Assembly (NCBI GenBank): GCA_045632815.1
Contig: JAZQXJ010000033.1
Coordinates: 14,966-78,965 of the forward strand
Source of the DNA: Acutalibacteraceae bacterium
GTDB taxonomy: Bacteria > Bacillota > Clostridia > Oscillospirales > Acutalibacteraceae
Direction: 5' to 3'
DNA length: 64,000 nt
The position numbers and the translations under genes are program-made. This document shows positions 19,556-29,176 of this stretch, piece after piece (position 1 is the first letter of the stretch; each line of letters starts with the position of its first letter). A model generated the notes under the pieces. That model was not told the DNA's origin. It saw nothing but the letters and a program-made list of their open reading frames with translations, and did not search any database.

Positions 19556-20908
19556 ATGTCAGACAACAAAAAACTCAGCCCCTCCCTTCTTATGAACATT
19601 ATCCTTTTCGGATTTATGGGTCAGGTTGCATGGGCGGTAGAAAACAACTTTTTTAATCTCTATATGCTGAAAATCGGCGGCGATATGCACGATATTTCCG
19701 TTATGATCGGTGTCAGCGCAATCGTTGCTTTCCTCACAACGCTCTTTATGGGCAGCCTCAGCGATAAAATCAACAAGCGCAAGATTTTTATCTGCGGCGG
19801 TTACATCCTCTGGGGTCTGACGGTTATTGCTTTTGCAATCATCAACCCCGAAACTATCGCAAAGATTATGGGTACGGATATCGGCTCAGCTGTTTCGGCA
19901 ACCGTTATTCTTGTTATCATAATGGACGGTCTTATGACATTTATGGGTTCAACAAGTAACGACGCCGCATTCAACGCATGGATAACAGATATCGGCACAT
20001 CTTCAAACAGATCAAAAATCGAATCTCTGCTTGCAATCATCCCCGTTATTGCAACCCTTGCCGTTACAGGCTCATTCGGTGCAATTTTCGGAGATAATAA
20101 AAACGTCGGTCAGAGAGAATACTCGCTTTATTTCCTTATTCTCGGCACTATCGTTACCGTTTGCGGTATCATCGGCATTTTCTCCGTCAAGGAATCAAGA
20201 ACAAACGTAAAAACAACGGCAGGCTTTGTTGAGACTCTTGTTTACGGCTTCAAGCCTTCTGTTATAAAGAACAACAAGAGACTTTATATTTCGCTTGTTT
20301 GTATGGGCGTTTTCTCGATTTCGAGCCAGGTTTTCTTCCCCTATATTTTTATTTATCTCGATAAGCATGTTGATATGTCGGCTCTCGGCTCAATGCTCAC
20401 TCCCGGCGTTATTGTTTTCTCGGCAATCTTCGCCCTTGCGCTTATCGGTACGCTCGTTTACATCATAATTATGAGCGACAAAAAAGGCAAAGCGCCTTAT
20501 CTCTACCCCGCAGTTGTTCTTTATCTTATCGGACTTGTTCTTGTCTTCTTTGCGGATGACAATATCCTCTATTTCATTCTTTCGGCACTCGTTACACTTG
20601 TCGGCTACGGACTGCTTATGATTATGCTCGGCGCCGCTGTACGCGATTTCACTCCCGAGGACAAAACCGGTCAGCTTCAGGGCATCAGAATGATATTCTC
20701 CGTTCTTCTGCCTATGCTTATCGGTCCTACGGTTGCAGAAAAAATCTCAACCGCATATTCCGCAACAACATATATCAACGATTACGGCGAAACTCTCCCC
20801 ACCCCCGCACCTCATATTTTCCTTGCATCTGCGGCAATCGGCGTTGTTATAGTTGTTCCTCTCTACTTCCTTTCAAAGGAATTCAAAAAGCAGAAATCAC
20901 AGCAATAA
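19556..20908 (+). CDS. MFS transporter (GPH-like)
   Basis: 12 TM segments, GSLSDKINKRK, NDAAFNAWITD. Confidence 0.88.
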   Translation: MSDNKKLSPSLLMNIILFGFMGQVAWAVENNFFNLYMLKIGGDMHDISVMIGVSAIVAFLTTLFMGSLSDKINKRKIFICGGYILWGLTVIAFAIINPETIAKIMGTDIGSAVSATVILVIIMDGLMTFMGSTSNDAAFNAWITDIGTSSNRSKIESLLAIIPVIATLAVTGSFGAIFGDNKNVGQREYSLYFLILGTIVTVCGIIGIFSVKESRTNVKTTAGFVETLVYGFKPSVIKNNKRLYISLVCMGVFSISSQVFFPYIFIYLDKHVDMSALGSMLTPGVIVFSAIFALALIGTLVYIIIMSDKKGKAPYLYPAVVLYLIGLVLVFFADDNILYFILSALVTLVGYGLLMIMLGAAVRDFTPEDKTGQLQGIRMIFSVLLPMLIGPTVAEKISTAYSATTYINDYGETLPTPAPHIFLASAAIGVVIVVPLYFLSKEFKKQKSQQ

Positions 20909-20937
20909 TTTGAGAATACAAAGAAGGTATTTTTGAA

Positions 20938-22293
20938 ATGCAGATTATAATTGTCGGTTTGGGCAAGCTCGGAATCACATTGACAAAGCAGCTTGTCAAG
21001 GAAGGTCACAGCATTACTGTTGTGGACACAAATAACGATAAACTGACCAATACCGTTGACACTTATGATGTTATGGGGGTTTGCGGAAACGGTGCAACCT
21101 GCGAAACTCTTGAAATCGCAGGTGCATCAAAAGCAAAGCTCATCATTGCCGCAACCGCATCGGACGAAATGAACATTCTTTGCTGCCTTATCGCAAACAG
21201 AATGGGTACTGAAAACACAATCGCCCGAGTGCGCAACCCCGACTATGCGGCGCAGATGCAGTTTCTGCGCAACGAACTCGGAATCAGTATGATTGTTAAC
21301 CCCGAGTTTGAAACGGCAAACGAAATTTCACGAATCATACGCTTCCCCTCTGCGGCTAACCTCGATTCATTTGCAAGAGGCAAAATCGAAATTGCAAGCA
21401 TCAGAATTCATTCGGACAATGCCCTTTGCGACACTCCCCTCTATGACCTGCGCAAAAAGAGCAAGGCAAAGGTGCTTGTCTGCGCCGTGCAGAGGGATGA
21501 CGAGGTCTTTATCCCCTCGGGTGACTTTGTTATCAGATGCGATGACACGGTAAGCATAACAGGCACAAGAGCAGAGCTTTCTCTGTTTATGAAGCAGACG
21601 GGCGTTTATAAGCAAAAAATCAAAAATGTTATGATTATCGGCGGCGGCAGAATAGGATATTACCTTGCAAAGCTCCTTTCGGGTACGGGCAGAAACATCA
21701 AGCTTATTGAGCAGAACGATGCCCGTTGCTATCATCTTGCCGATATGCTGGATGATGTTACAGTTGTTCACGGCGACGGCACAGACCAGGATTTGCTTGA
21801 CGAGCAGGGTCTTGAAATGCAGGATGCGCTTGTATCCCTTACGGGAATTGACGAAGAAAACATCATCGTTTCAATGTATGCCGAATCAAAAGGCATAAAT
21901 AAGGTCATAACAAAAATCAACCGTCATTCCTATTCTATTCTTACGGATATCGGACTTGAAACAATTGTTTCACCTCAGATTGCCGCGGGTAATCTTGTTA
22001 CCCGCTATGTCCGTGCGCTCCATAATTCCGCAGGCAATTCGCAGATTCAGACTTTGCACAAGCTTGTCAACGGCAAGGTTGAGGCGGTTGAATTCATCGT
22101 TCCCGACGATGCAGGCTACAAGAACATTCCGTTCAAGGACCTGAATATTCTGCCTAACATTCTTATCGGTTGCATTATCCGCAACGGCAAGACGATTTTC
22201 CCCGGCGGTGACGATGTTATGAAAGCAAACGACAGCGTTATCGTTGTTACGGCAGGCAGAATCATCGAAGACCTTCACGATATTTTCGTCTGA
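20938..22293 (+). CDS. trkA: Trk potassium uptake protein TrkA
   Basis: Two RCK_N domains (GLGKLG, GGGRIG) plus RCK_C domains. Confidence 0.93.
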   Translation: MQIIIVGLGKLGITLTKQLVKEGHSITVVDTNNDKLTNTVDTYDVMGVCGNGATCETLEIAGASKAKLIIAATASDEMNILCCLIANRMGTENTIARVRNPDYAAQMQFLRNELGISMIVNPEFETANEISRIIRFPSAANLDSFARGKIEIASIRIHSDNALCDTPLYDLRKKSKAKVLVCAVQRDDEVFIPSGDFVIRCDDTVSITGTRAELSLFMKQTGVYKQKIKNVMIIGGGRIGYYLAKLLSGTGRNIKLIEQNDARCYHLADMLDDVTVVHGDGTDQDLLDEQGLEMQDALVSLTGIDEENIIVSMYAESKGINKVITKINRHSYSILTDIGLETIVSPQIAAGNLVTRYVRALHNSAGNSQIQTLHKLVNGKVEAVEFIVPDDAGYKNIPFKDLNILPNILIGCIIRNGKTIFPGGDDVMKANDSVIVVTAGRIIEDLHDIFV

Positions 22294-22310
22294 TTCTTCG
22301 GAGGAACAGT

Positions 22311-23762
22311 ATGAACTACAGAATGATATCGTATTACATCGGCAGAATTCTGCTTATTGAGGCGCTTCTGCTGGCATTCCCTGCTTTAGGTGCGCTCATT
22401 TACGGCGAAAACACCCTGCTCTCCTTTGCAATCACAATCGGCGCACTGACTCTGACAGGGTTAATCGCAGTAAGTAAAAAGCCCGAAAAAACAGCAATTT
22501 ACGCCAAGGAAGGCTATGTTATCGTTGCTCTTACCTGGATATTGATGTCTCTTTTCGGTGCACTTCCGTTTTTCATCAGTGGTAATATTCCGAACTTTAC
22601 AGATGCATTTTTTGAAACGGTTTCAGGCTTCACAACAACGGGCTCAACCATTCTTCGCAATGTTGAGGCTATGCCCAAAAGTCTGCTTTTCTGGCGCAGT
22701 TTCACTCATTGGATAGGCGGTATGGGTATCCTTGTTTTTGTTATTGCGATTATGCCCAAAACCGAAAATTCATCAATGCATGTTATGAGAGCCGAGGTAC
22801 CCGGACCAACCGTCGGCAAGCTTGTTTCAAAGCTGCGTGCATCGGCACGGATTCTTTACGGCATTTACTGCGTTCTTACCGCCGCACAGGTTATTATGCT
22901 TCTCGCAGGCGGAATGCCCCTTTTTGACAGCCTTGTGAATTCATTTGCAACTGCAGGCACGGGCGGATTTTCCGTGCTGAATAACAGCATTGAAGGCTAC
23001 AACAGCGTTTATTCCGAAATGGTAATCGCCGTGTTTATGCTCCTTTTCGGTGTGAACTTCAACCTTTATTATATGTTCCTCGTAAAGCAGGGCAAGCAGG
23101 CAATAAAGAGCGAAGAACTTCGCTGGTATATAGGCATTATCGCCGCCGCTGTTCTGATTATCGCAGCAAGTCTTTACACCACAAAGAACGACGGACTTGC
23201 CGAATCCTTCCGCTATGCCTTCTTCCAGGTTTCGTCAATAATTACCACAACGGGCTTTTCCACGGCAAACTTCAACACCTGGCCCGTAATCGCAAAATTC
23301 GTGCTTTTGTTCCTAATGTTTGTGGGAGCCTGCGCAGGCTCAACGGGCGGCGGAATCAAGGTTTCAAGGCTTGTTATACTTGTTAAAAGCGGTCTTCGCG
23401 ACATTAAGAAATCAATTAATCCCCGAAGCATTGAAACGGTTAAAATAGACAAAAGAACCGTTGACGAACCCGTTGTAAAGAGCGTTTCAGTTTTCTTTGC
23501 AACCTATTTGCTGCTGATTGCAGGCGCTTCCCTCATCGTTTCGCTTGACGGATTTGATTTTGAGACAACTCTCACATCCGTCATCGCTTGCATAAGCAAC
23601 ATCGGTCCCGGACTCGGTGCAGTCGGTCCGTACGGAAATTTTGCTGATTTCTCAATGCTCAGCAAGCTGACATTGAGCTTCACAATGCTCGCCGGCAGAC
23701 TTGAGCTTATACCGATGCTTATGCTGTTCTCACCGTATGCGTGGGCAAGAAAATATTCATAA
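22311..23762 (+). CDS. trkH: Trk potassium uptake membrane protein TrkH
   Basis: SGFTTTG, TTTGF, GSTGGGIK, SNIGPGLG, GRLE. Confidence 0.95.
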   Translation: MNYRMISYYIGRILLIEALLLAFPALGALIYGENTLLSFAITIGALTLTGLIAVSKKPEKTAIYAKEGYVIVALTWILMSLFGALPFFISGNIPNFTDAFFETVSGFTTTGSTILRNVEAMPKSLLFWRSFTHWIGGMGILVFVIAIMPKTENSSMHVMRAEVPGPTVGKLVSKLRASARILYGIYCVLTAAQVIMLLAGGMPLFDSLVNSFATAGTGGFSVLNNSIEGYNSVYSEMVIAVFMLLFGVNFNLYYMFLVKQGKQAIKSEELRWYIGIIAAAVLIIAASLYTTKNDGLAESFRYAFFQVSSIITTTGFSTANFNTWPVIAKFVLLFLMFVGACAGSTGGGIKVSRLVILVKSGLRDIKKSINPRSIETVKIDKRTVDEPVVKSVSVFFATYLLLIAGASLIVSLDGFDFETTLTSVIACISNIGPGLGAVGPYGNFADFSMLSKLTLSFTMLAGRLELIPMLMLFSPYAWARKYS

Positions 23763-23766
23763 AATC

Positions 23767-23806
23767 AAAACCTCGGATTTCATAATCAGAAATCCGAGGT
23801 TGTTTT
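23767..23806. terminator. Bidirectional terminator
   Basis: aacctcggatttc-N7-gaaatccgaggtt. Confidence 0.8.
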
Positions 23807-24371
23807 ATTTTATCTTTGTTATTTTATTACCTTTTACAAGATATGCATTTTGCGCAAGGTCGATTATGGGCTGGTCATTGAGCGAATCGGTATAGAAATT
23901 CTCAATAACCGCATCGGGATAGCGCGCTTTGAAAGCCTTGACCTTGTTTTCGCGGAAGCAGAAATTGATTATTCTGAAGCTTTCTCTGTCCGTTTCGGTG
24001 GCAACTATGTTTTTTATCCCCGTTCTTCTGCCCATTTCCTCAAGCACAATATCAAACCCTGCGGAAAGAATAACATCGTCATCCTTTCTGATATCGGCAT
24101 AAAACGGCTTTATTTTGCAAAGGTGAGTATCCCAGAATTTCACGATATCTCCCTGCAAATCCTCAATACCTCTGCAATAGCTTTCAACGAGAGTGCCGTA
24201 TTCGCTCAGGGCTTGGTCAATGGTTATTTTCCTTGCCTTGTATTTAAGCAGCGCAACGATAACCTTCGGCACATACGCAATAAGCTTCGGGTCGCGTTTC
24301 ATAAAATAAACAAAAAAATCTATCGCGGATTCGCCTTTGTAAATCGTGTTATCAAAATCATAAACATTCAT
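23805..24371 (-). CDS. HAD-IB family phosphatase
   Basis: YDFDNT motif I, ILSA, ENKV, FYTDSLND. Confidence 0.88.
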   Translation of the reverse strand: MNVYDFDNTIYKGESAIDFFVYFMKRDPKLIAYVPKVIVALLKYKARKITIDQALSEYGTLVESYCRGIEDLQGDIVKFWDTHLCKIKPFYADIRKDDDVILSAGFDIVLEEMGRRTGIKNIVATETDRESFRIINFCFRENKVKAFKARYPDAVIENFYTDSLNDQPIIDLAQNAYLVKGNKITKIK

Positions 24372-24385
24372 ATAATTCACCCGCT

Positions 24386-25114
24386 TTATTTTTTCAGAAT
24401 ATCCCCTTTTTTCATAAAGCGGATGTGAAGAGCCGTTGAAAGATACTTTGCGGTCTGCAAAAAGGAATTGCTTGATTTTCCCTGCTTTCTGCCGTAGCAA
24501 TTTGTGGGTACCTCAACAAACTCGCAGCCAATTCTCAAAGGCTTGAGAACAAGCTCCAACAGCAACGGAAATTCATTGCTTTCAAAATTGATTGACTTAT
24601 AGACATCGGCAGGCGCAATCTGAAACGGAATTGTGTAATCCGTAAGCTTGCCGCCAAAAAGCACCGACAAAAATTTCTGCGCCGCAAAATTGAACGCAAG
24701 CTTTATCGGATTATATCCGCTGAAATTACAGCCCTTAAGCCACCTTGATGCGGAAATAACGGCATCGGGCTGAGCCTTTGCCCGCTCAATCATTTCGGGA
24801 ATAAGCTTTATATCAAGGGCAAGGTCGGAATCCACGGTTATACAATGTGTCCCCTTTGCCATTTCAATAAACTCCTTGATAAAGCCCATTCGGGGAAGAA
24901 TCTGCTTATATGCCGTAATCGGCACATCACAGCGGATTTCGCAAAGCTCTTCAATAACCGCAAGGCATTCGGGTGTTACTCTGTCAGGATAAAAAATAAT
25001 TATTTCGGCAAGGTCGCTCGTATTGCAGGTTTCCAATATGGTCAAAACGGTTTCACGCAGGCTGTCCGTTTCCGTTACCGCCCCCGTTAAAATCGAAACC
25101 TTAAATTCTTCCAC
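24386..25114 (-). CDS. GT2 glycosyltransferase, polyprenol-phosphate (DPM synthase-like) type
   Basis: TVDSD (DxD), VISASRW, LTDYT, EVP...RKQGKSS. Confidence 0.8.
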   Translation of the reverse strand: MEEFKVSILTGAVTETDSLRETVLTILETCNTSDLAEIIIFYPDRVTPECLAVIEELCEIRCDVPITAYKQILPRMGFIKEFIEMAKGTHCITVDSDLALDIKLIPEMIERAKAQPDAVISASRWLKGCNFSGYNPIKLAFNFAAQKFLSVLFGGKLTDYTIPFQIAPADVYKSINFESNEFPLLLELVLKPLRIGCEFVEVPTNCYGRKQGKSSNSFLQTAKYLSTALHIRFMKKGDILKK

Positions 25115-25132
25115 ATCCTCACCGCCCGAAAA

Positions 25133-27061
25133 TTATTTTATAAACTCAACCGTAACATCTTCTCTTGAGTTGGTGCAAAGCGTTGCACTCCTGCGCTTGC
25201 CGAACCAGATTATTTCTCTTGCATATTCCGCCCAATTATCGATTCTTTTTTCAAGAACAACAGAAATTCTGTTTTTCTTCTTTTCAAGCGGCAGATATTT
25301 ATCGTCATAAATCCTTTGAAAATAATTATAGAAATCATAATCGGATTCAAATTCAATTTTTTCCGTACAAGGCAGACGAAGAATTTTCTGCTGATAATTG
25401 AGAAGCTCACCGTAAACCGAAGCATCGATTCCGAGAGATTTTATAAAATCATTGATATCTGCCCAGAAAACATCGCGGTTATAAATGAGGTCAAGGAAAA
25501 TTCCTTCCTCAAAATACCAGCCCACATTGCTGAAAATATCCTTCTGATAGCACCAATCGGAAACCTCTGTATTCTCGGTTTTCCAGCGTATTTCCTCAAA
25601 CAGCTTATAAATATACTTGCTTTCATCGCTGAAGATGTAATCAAGAAGTCTGTTATAGAAATCATAATAGCTTATGCCAAGCTCATACCTGGCATAAATC
25701 GCAAAACAACGAAGCAGACCAAGGTGATGGAAGCTCTGCAGGCACACGGAAAACATATTTGCCTTGACCCACATTTCCTTGCTCATATCCTTGGTTTCAA
25801 CCACAACATCGTAATATTCCTGCACTCCGTTGAAATTGGCGTGATAATGAATACCGTGAAGGGGCTGACGCTCCCAACGAATGCCGTATTTTTCTTTATA
25901 TTCCTTGCCTGCAAGGGGTGAATTGCAATAAACCTGACAGGTATAAACCGTCATTGAATTATGCTGACCGTTTTCAAGCAAACGGCAAAGACCGTTGCAG
26001 AAGCTGTCATAGGTTTCACCCGGCATTCCGAGAATAAGCTCCGTATAGGTCGGGATTTTTTCCTCGGCATATTTTGCGGTCAGGTTTGAATAATGCTCAA
26101 GAGTCAGATTTTTTCTGCCTATATTCTCAAGAGTCTGAGGATCGAGAGACTGATAGGCAAGGGTTACGCCCTTGTCAATACCGCTGTGATTGAGAATTTT
26201 TCCGATTTCAAAAACAGTTTCATCGCTGTTTTTGGCATAGCAGGGCTTAAAAACCTGAGGATAGCCGTTTTTTCTGTTTGTTTCAAGAATAAGATTTGCA
26301 ATTTCAACATCACGCTTTTCAATGCCGAAATTTGCATCCGCACAGTAGCAATAAGGAATTTTATGCTCGGATATCCACTTGATATCCTGCTTTATTCTCT
26401 CCATTGAAAACAGTCGGATTTTCTTTGTGAAGCACCAATCGCAGAATGCGCAGGAATAGGGACAGCCTCTGTTTGTTTCCAGCGTTGCGTGGAAATTAAC
26501 CCTCGGATATTCCTCAAGCATACGGTCAAAAAGACCTGCTGCATAGGGTGAAGGATAATTTGTGATATCATAAATCCTCTTTTTTTCCGTTGTTACGATT
26601 TCTCCGCCCTCGCGGTATGAAATATCGGGAATCTGCCTCAGGCTTTCACCTTTGTTGAGCGCTTTGAGAAGCATCGCAAAGGGCTCCTCGCCCTCGGAAT
26701 GCATAAGTACATCGATAAACCCGTATTTTTCGAGCAGGCTTTCGTCATCGGGTACATTGTGACCTCCGAAAACAACGGTACACTCGGGATATTTATCTTT
26801 TATAAGCTTTGCAAGAGTAAGATTATACTCCATATTCCAGATATAGCAAGAGAAACCTACAACAGCGGGGTCAACGATTTTTGCAAGAGATTCCTCAATT
26901 TTAAGGCGCATATAGAGCAAATCGGCAAGTTCATAATTCTCCGAAATTTCTTTATCTGCCCACGAATATGCGGCAAGGCAGCCCGCCGCATAAGGCAGGT
27001 ATGCAACAACCTCGCTGAATGTCACATTTATCTGCAAAAGATACACTTTTTGTTTGTTCAT
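25133..27061 (-). CDS. B12-binding radical SAM enzyme (paralog 3)
   Basis: YLPYAAG, VVGFSCYIWN, ETNRGCPYSCAFCDW, ADANFG, TYTELILGMPGETY. Confidence 0.9.
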   Translation of the reverse strand: MNKQKVYLLQINVTFSEVVAYLPYAAGCLAAYSWADKEISENYELADLLYMRLKIEESLAKIVDPAVVGFSCYIWNMEYNLTLAKLIKDKYPECTVVFGGHNVPDDESLLEKYGFIDVLMHSEGEEPFAMLLKALNKGESLRQIPDISYREGGEIVTTEKKRIYDITNYPSPYAAGLFDRMLEEYPRVNFHATLETNRGCPYSCAFCDWCFTKKIRLFSMERIKQDIKWISEHKIPYCYCADANFGIEKRDVEIANLILETNRKNGYPQVFKPCYAKNSDETVFEIGKILNHSGIDKGVTLAYQSLDPQTLENIGRKNLTLEHYSNLTAKYAEEKIPTYTELILGMPGETYDSFCNGLCRLLENGQHNSMTVYTCQVYCNSPLAGKEYKEKYGIRWERQPLHGIHYHANFNGVQEYYDVVVETKDMSKEMWVKANMFSVCLQSFHHLGLLRCFAIYARYELGISYYDFYNRLLDYIFSDESKYIYKLFEEIRWKTENTEVSDWCYQKDIFSNVGWYFEEGIFLDLIYNRDVFWADINDFIKSLGIDASVYGELLNYQQKILRLPCTEKIEFESDYDFYNYFQRIYDDKYLPLEKKKNRISVVLEKRIDNWAEYAREIIWFGKRRSATLCTNSREDVTVEFIK

Positions 27062-27104
27062 AACGGTTTATTACACCTCAGTATTTAACACATATACATA
27101 TTAA

Positions 27105-27133
27105 AGTATATCACCCATATATTTTTTTGTCAA
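27105..27133 (-). promoter_or_regulatory. sigA promoter for the rSAM-GT2-HAD operon
   Basis: TTGACA-N17-TATACT with extended TG on the minus strand. Confidence 0.7.
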
Positions 27134-27136
27134 GAA

Positions 27137-27167
27137 AACGGACTGCTCACAGAATGAACAGTCCGTT
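27137..27167 (-). terminator. clpX terminator
   Basis: aacggactg...cagtccgtt stem followed by a T-tract on the minus strand. Confidence 0.7.
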
Positions 27168-27171
27168 AATT

Positions 27172-28458
27172 TCAGCTTGCGTTTTTGGGGTTTGTAACCT
27201 TGGGAGGCGGTGCCATTTTGGCTCGCTTACTGTTGGGATTACGCTCAATCAAAGGCTCTGCGCCGTCATTGACGCTTGCCGCCGTTATGCACACTCTCTC
27301 AACCGTGGGGTCAGAGGGTACATCGTACATAACCGACATAAGCACGCCTTCGATAATCGAGCGCAGACCTCTTGCACCCGTCTTTTTCTCAAGAGCCTTT
27401 TCGGCAATTGCTTCAAGCGCGCTGAGGTCAAAATCAAGCTCAACATCATCAAGCTTGAAAAGCTCCTTATACTGCTTGACAACGGCATTCTTGGGCTTTG
27501 TGAGAATCTCAACAAGCGCATCGCGGTCAAGCTCCTGCAATGTGGTTATAACGGGGAGTCTGCCGACAAGCTCGGGAATAATGCCGAACTTTACGAGGTC
27601 CTGCTGAATAACCTTTGCCATTACATTCTCTTTTGCCGCTTCAGCCTTGCTCTTTATCTGAGCGCCGAAGCCGAGGGCTGTACCCTCGGAACGCTTCTCG
27701 ATAATCTTTTCGATTCCGTCAAACGCACCGCCGCAGATAAACAGAATATTTGATGTGTCTATCTGGATGAACTCCTGCTGAGGATGCTTTCTGCCGCCCT
27801 GAGGAGGAACATTTGCAACCGTGCCTTCAATTATCTTAAGGAGTGCCTGCTGAACACCTTCGCCGCTGACATCTCTTGTTATTGACGGATTTTCGCTCTT
27901 ACGGGCAATTTTATCTATTTCATCAACATAGATAATGCCTCTCTCGGCACGCTCAACATCAAAATCAGCCGCCTGAATAATTCTGAGCAGAATATTCTCA
28001 ACATCTTCGCCGACATAGCCCGCTTCCGTGAGGGTTGTTGCATCCGCAATAGCGAAAGGAACATCAAGAATTTTTGCAAGCGTCTGAGCGAGCATTGTTT
28101 TGCCTACACCGGTAGGACCGAGCAGCAGAATGTTACTCTTCTGAATTTCAACATCAGAGGTACCCTTACTGCCGATTCTCTTATAGTGGTTATAAACTGC
28201 AACGCTCAGGGCGATTTTTGCCGCTTCCTGACCGATAACATATTCATCAAGCTTCGCCTTGATTTCGTGAGGCTTGGGAAGCGATGCAGAATCAAAATCG
28301 CTGTGGTTATGAACAGGCTCGGAATCGATTATCGAGCAGCAAAGCTCAACGCACTCGTTGCAGATATATACATTGGGACCTGCTATAAGCTTATCAACCT
28401 GGTCCTGCGTTTTATGGCAGAACGAGCAGGAAACCCTTCTTTCGTCATCTCTGGGCAT
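27172..28458 (-). CDS. clpX: ATP-dependent Clp protease ATP-binding subunit ClpX
   Basis: CSFC/ICNEC zinc finger, [24 protein letters not shown] loop. Confidence 0.98.
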   Translation of the reverse strand: MPRDDERRVSCSFCHKTQDQVDKLIAGPNVYICNECVELCCSIIDSEPVHNHSDFDSASLPKPHEIKAKLDEYVIGQEAAKIALSVAVYNHYKRIGSKGTSDVEIQKSNILLLGPTGVGKTMLAQTLAKILDVPFAIADATTLTEAGYVGEDVENILLRIIQAADFDVERAERGIIYVDEIDKIARKSENPSITRDVSGEGVQQALLKIIEGTVANVPPQGGRKHPQQEFIQIDTSNILFICGGAFDGIEKIIEKRSEGTALGFGAQIKSKAEAAKENVMAKVIQQDLVKFGIIPELVGRLPVITTLQELDRDALVEILTKPKNAVVKQYKELFKLDDVELDFDLSALEAIAEKALEKKTGARGLRSIIEGVLMSVMYDVPSDPTVERVCITAASVNDGAEPLIERNPNSKRAKMAPPPKVTNPKNAS

Positions 28459-28477
28459 CTTTTGCCTCCTGTGTCAG

Positions 28478-29059
28478 TTATCTTTTTGCAATTACTTTGT
28501 CAACAAGGCCGTATTCCATAGCCTCCTGAGCGGTGAGATAGTTGTCTCTCTCTGTATCTCTTGCGATTTCTTCGATTGATCTGCCTGTGTTTTCGGCAAG
28601 AATTCTGTTCAGCTTTTCTCTTGTCTTAAGAATATGGTCAGCAACAATCTTGATTTCGGTTGCCTGACCTCTTGCGCCGCCGAGAGGCTGATGAATCATA
28701 ATTTCGCTGTTGGGCAGAGCAAATCTTTTGCCCTTTGCGCCCGATGAAAGCAGGAATGCACCCATCGAAGCCGCCATACCCATGCAGATGGTTGAAACAT
28801 CACACTTGATATACTGCATTGTGTCATAAATTGCCATACCTGCAGTTACCGAGCCGCCGGGGCTGTTGATATAAAGGCTGATATCCTTATCGGGATCCTG
28901 ACTTTCAAGGAAAAGGAGCTGTGCAACAACAATGCTTGCCGTTGTGTCATTCACCTCGTCAGAAAGAACGATAATTCTGTCGTTAAGAAGGCGTGAAAAA
29001 ATATCATATGAACGCTCGCCTCTGTTAGTCTGTTCAACAACATACGGTACCAATGCCAT
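28478..29059 (-). CDS. clpP: Clp protease proteolytic subunit
   Basis: [28 protein letters not shown]. Confidence 0.98.
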   Translation of the reverse strand: MALVPYVVEQTNRGERSYDIFSRLLNDRIIVLSDEVNDTTASIVVAQLLFLESQDPDKDISLYINSPGGSVTAGMAIYDTMQYIKCDVSTICMGMAASMGAFLLSSGAKGKRFALPNSEIMIHQPLGGARGQATEIKIVADHILKTREKLNRILAENTGRSIEEIARDTERDNYLTAQEAMEYGLVDKVIAKR

Positions 29060-29106
29060 AAAAATTCAATCCTTTCTCCGCATCTGATTATACTTTTTAA
29101 AAGTAT

Positions 29107-29136
29107 AAATAAACCGGCTTTGACACCGGTTTATTT
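29107..29136 (-). terminator. tig terminator
   Basis: aaataaaccgg-N8-ccggtttattt. Confidence 0.65.
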
Positions 29137-29176
29137 TGTATGCTTATATTTTAAGTATAGTAGGATTCAGCGCAGA

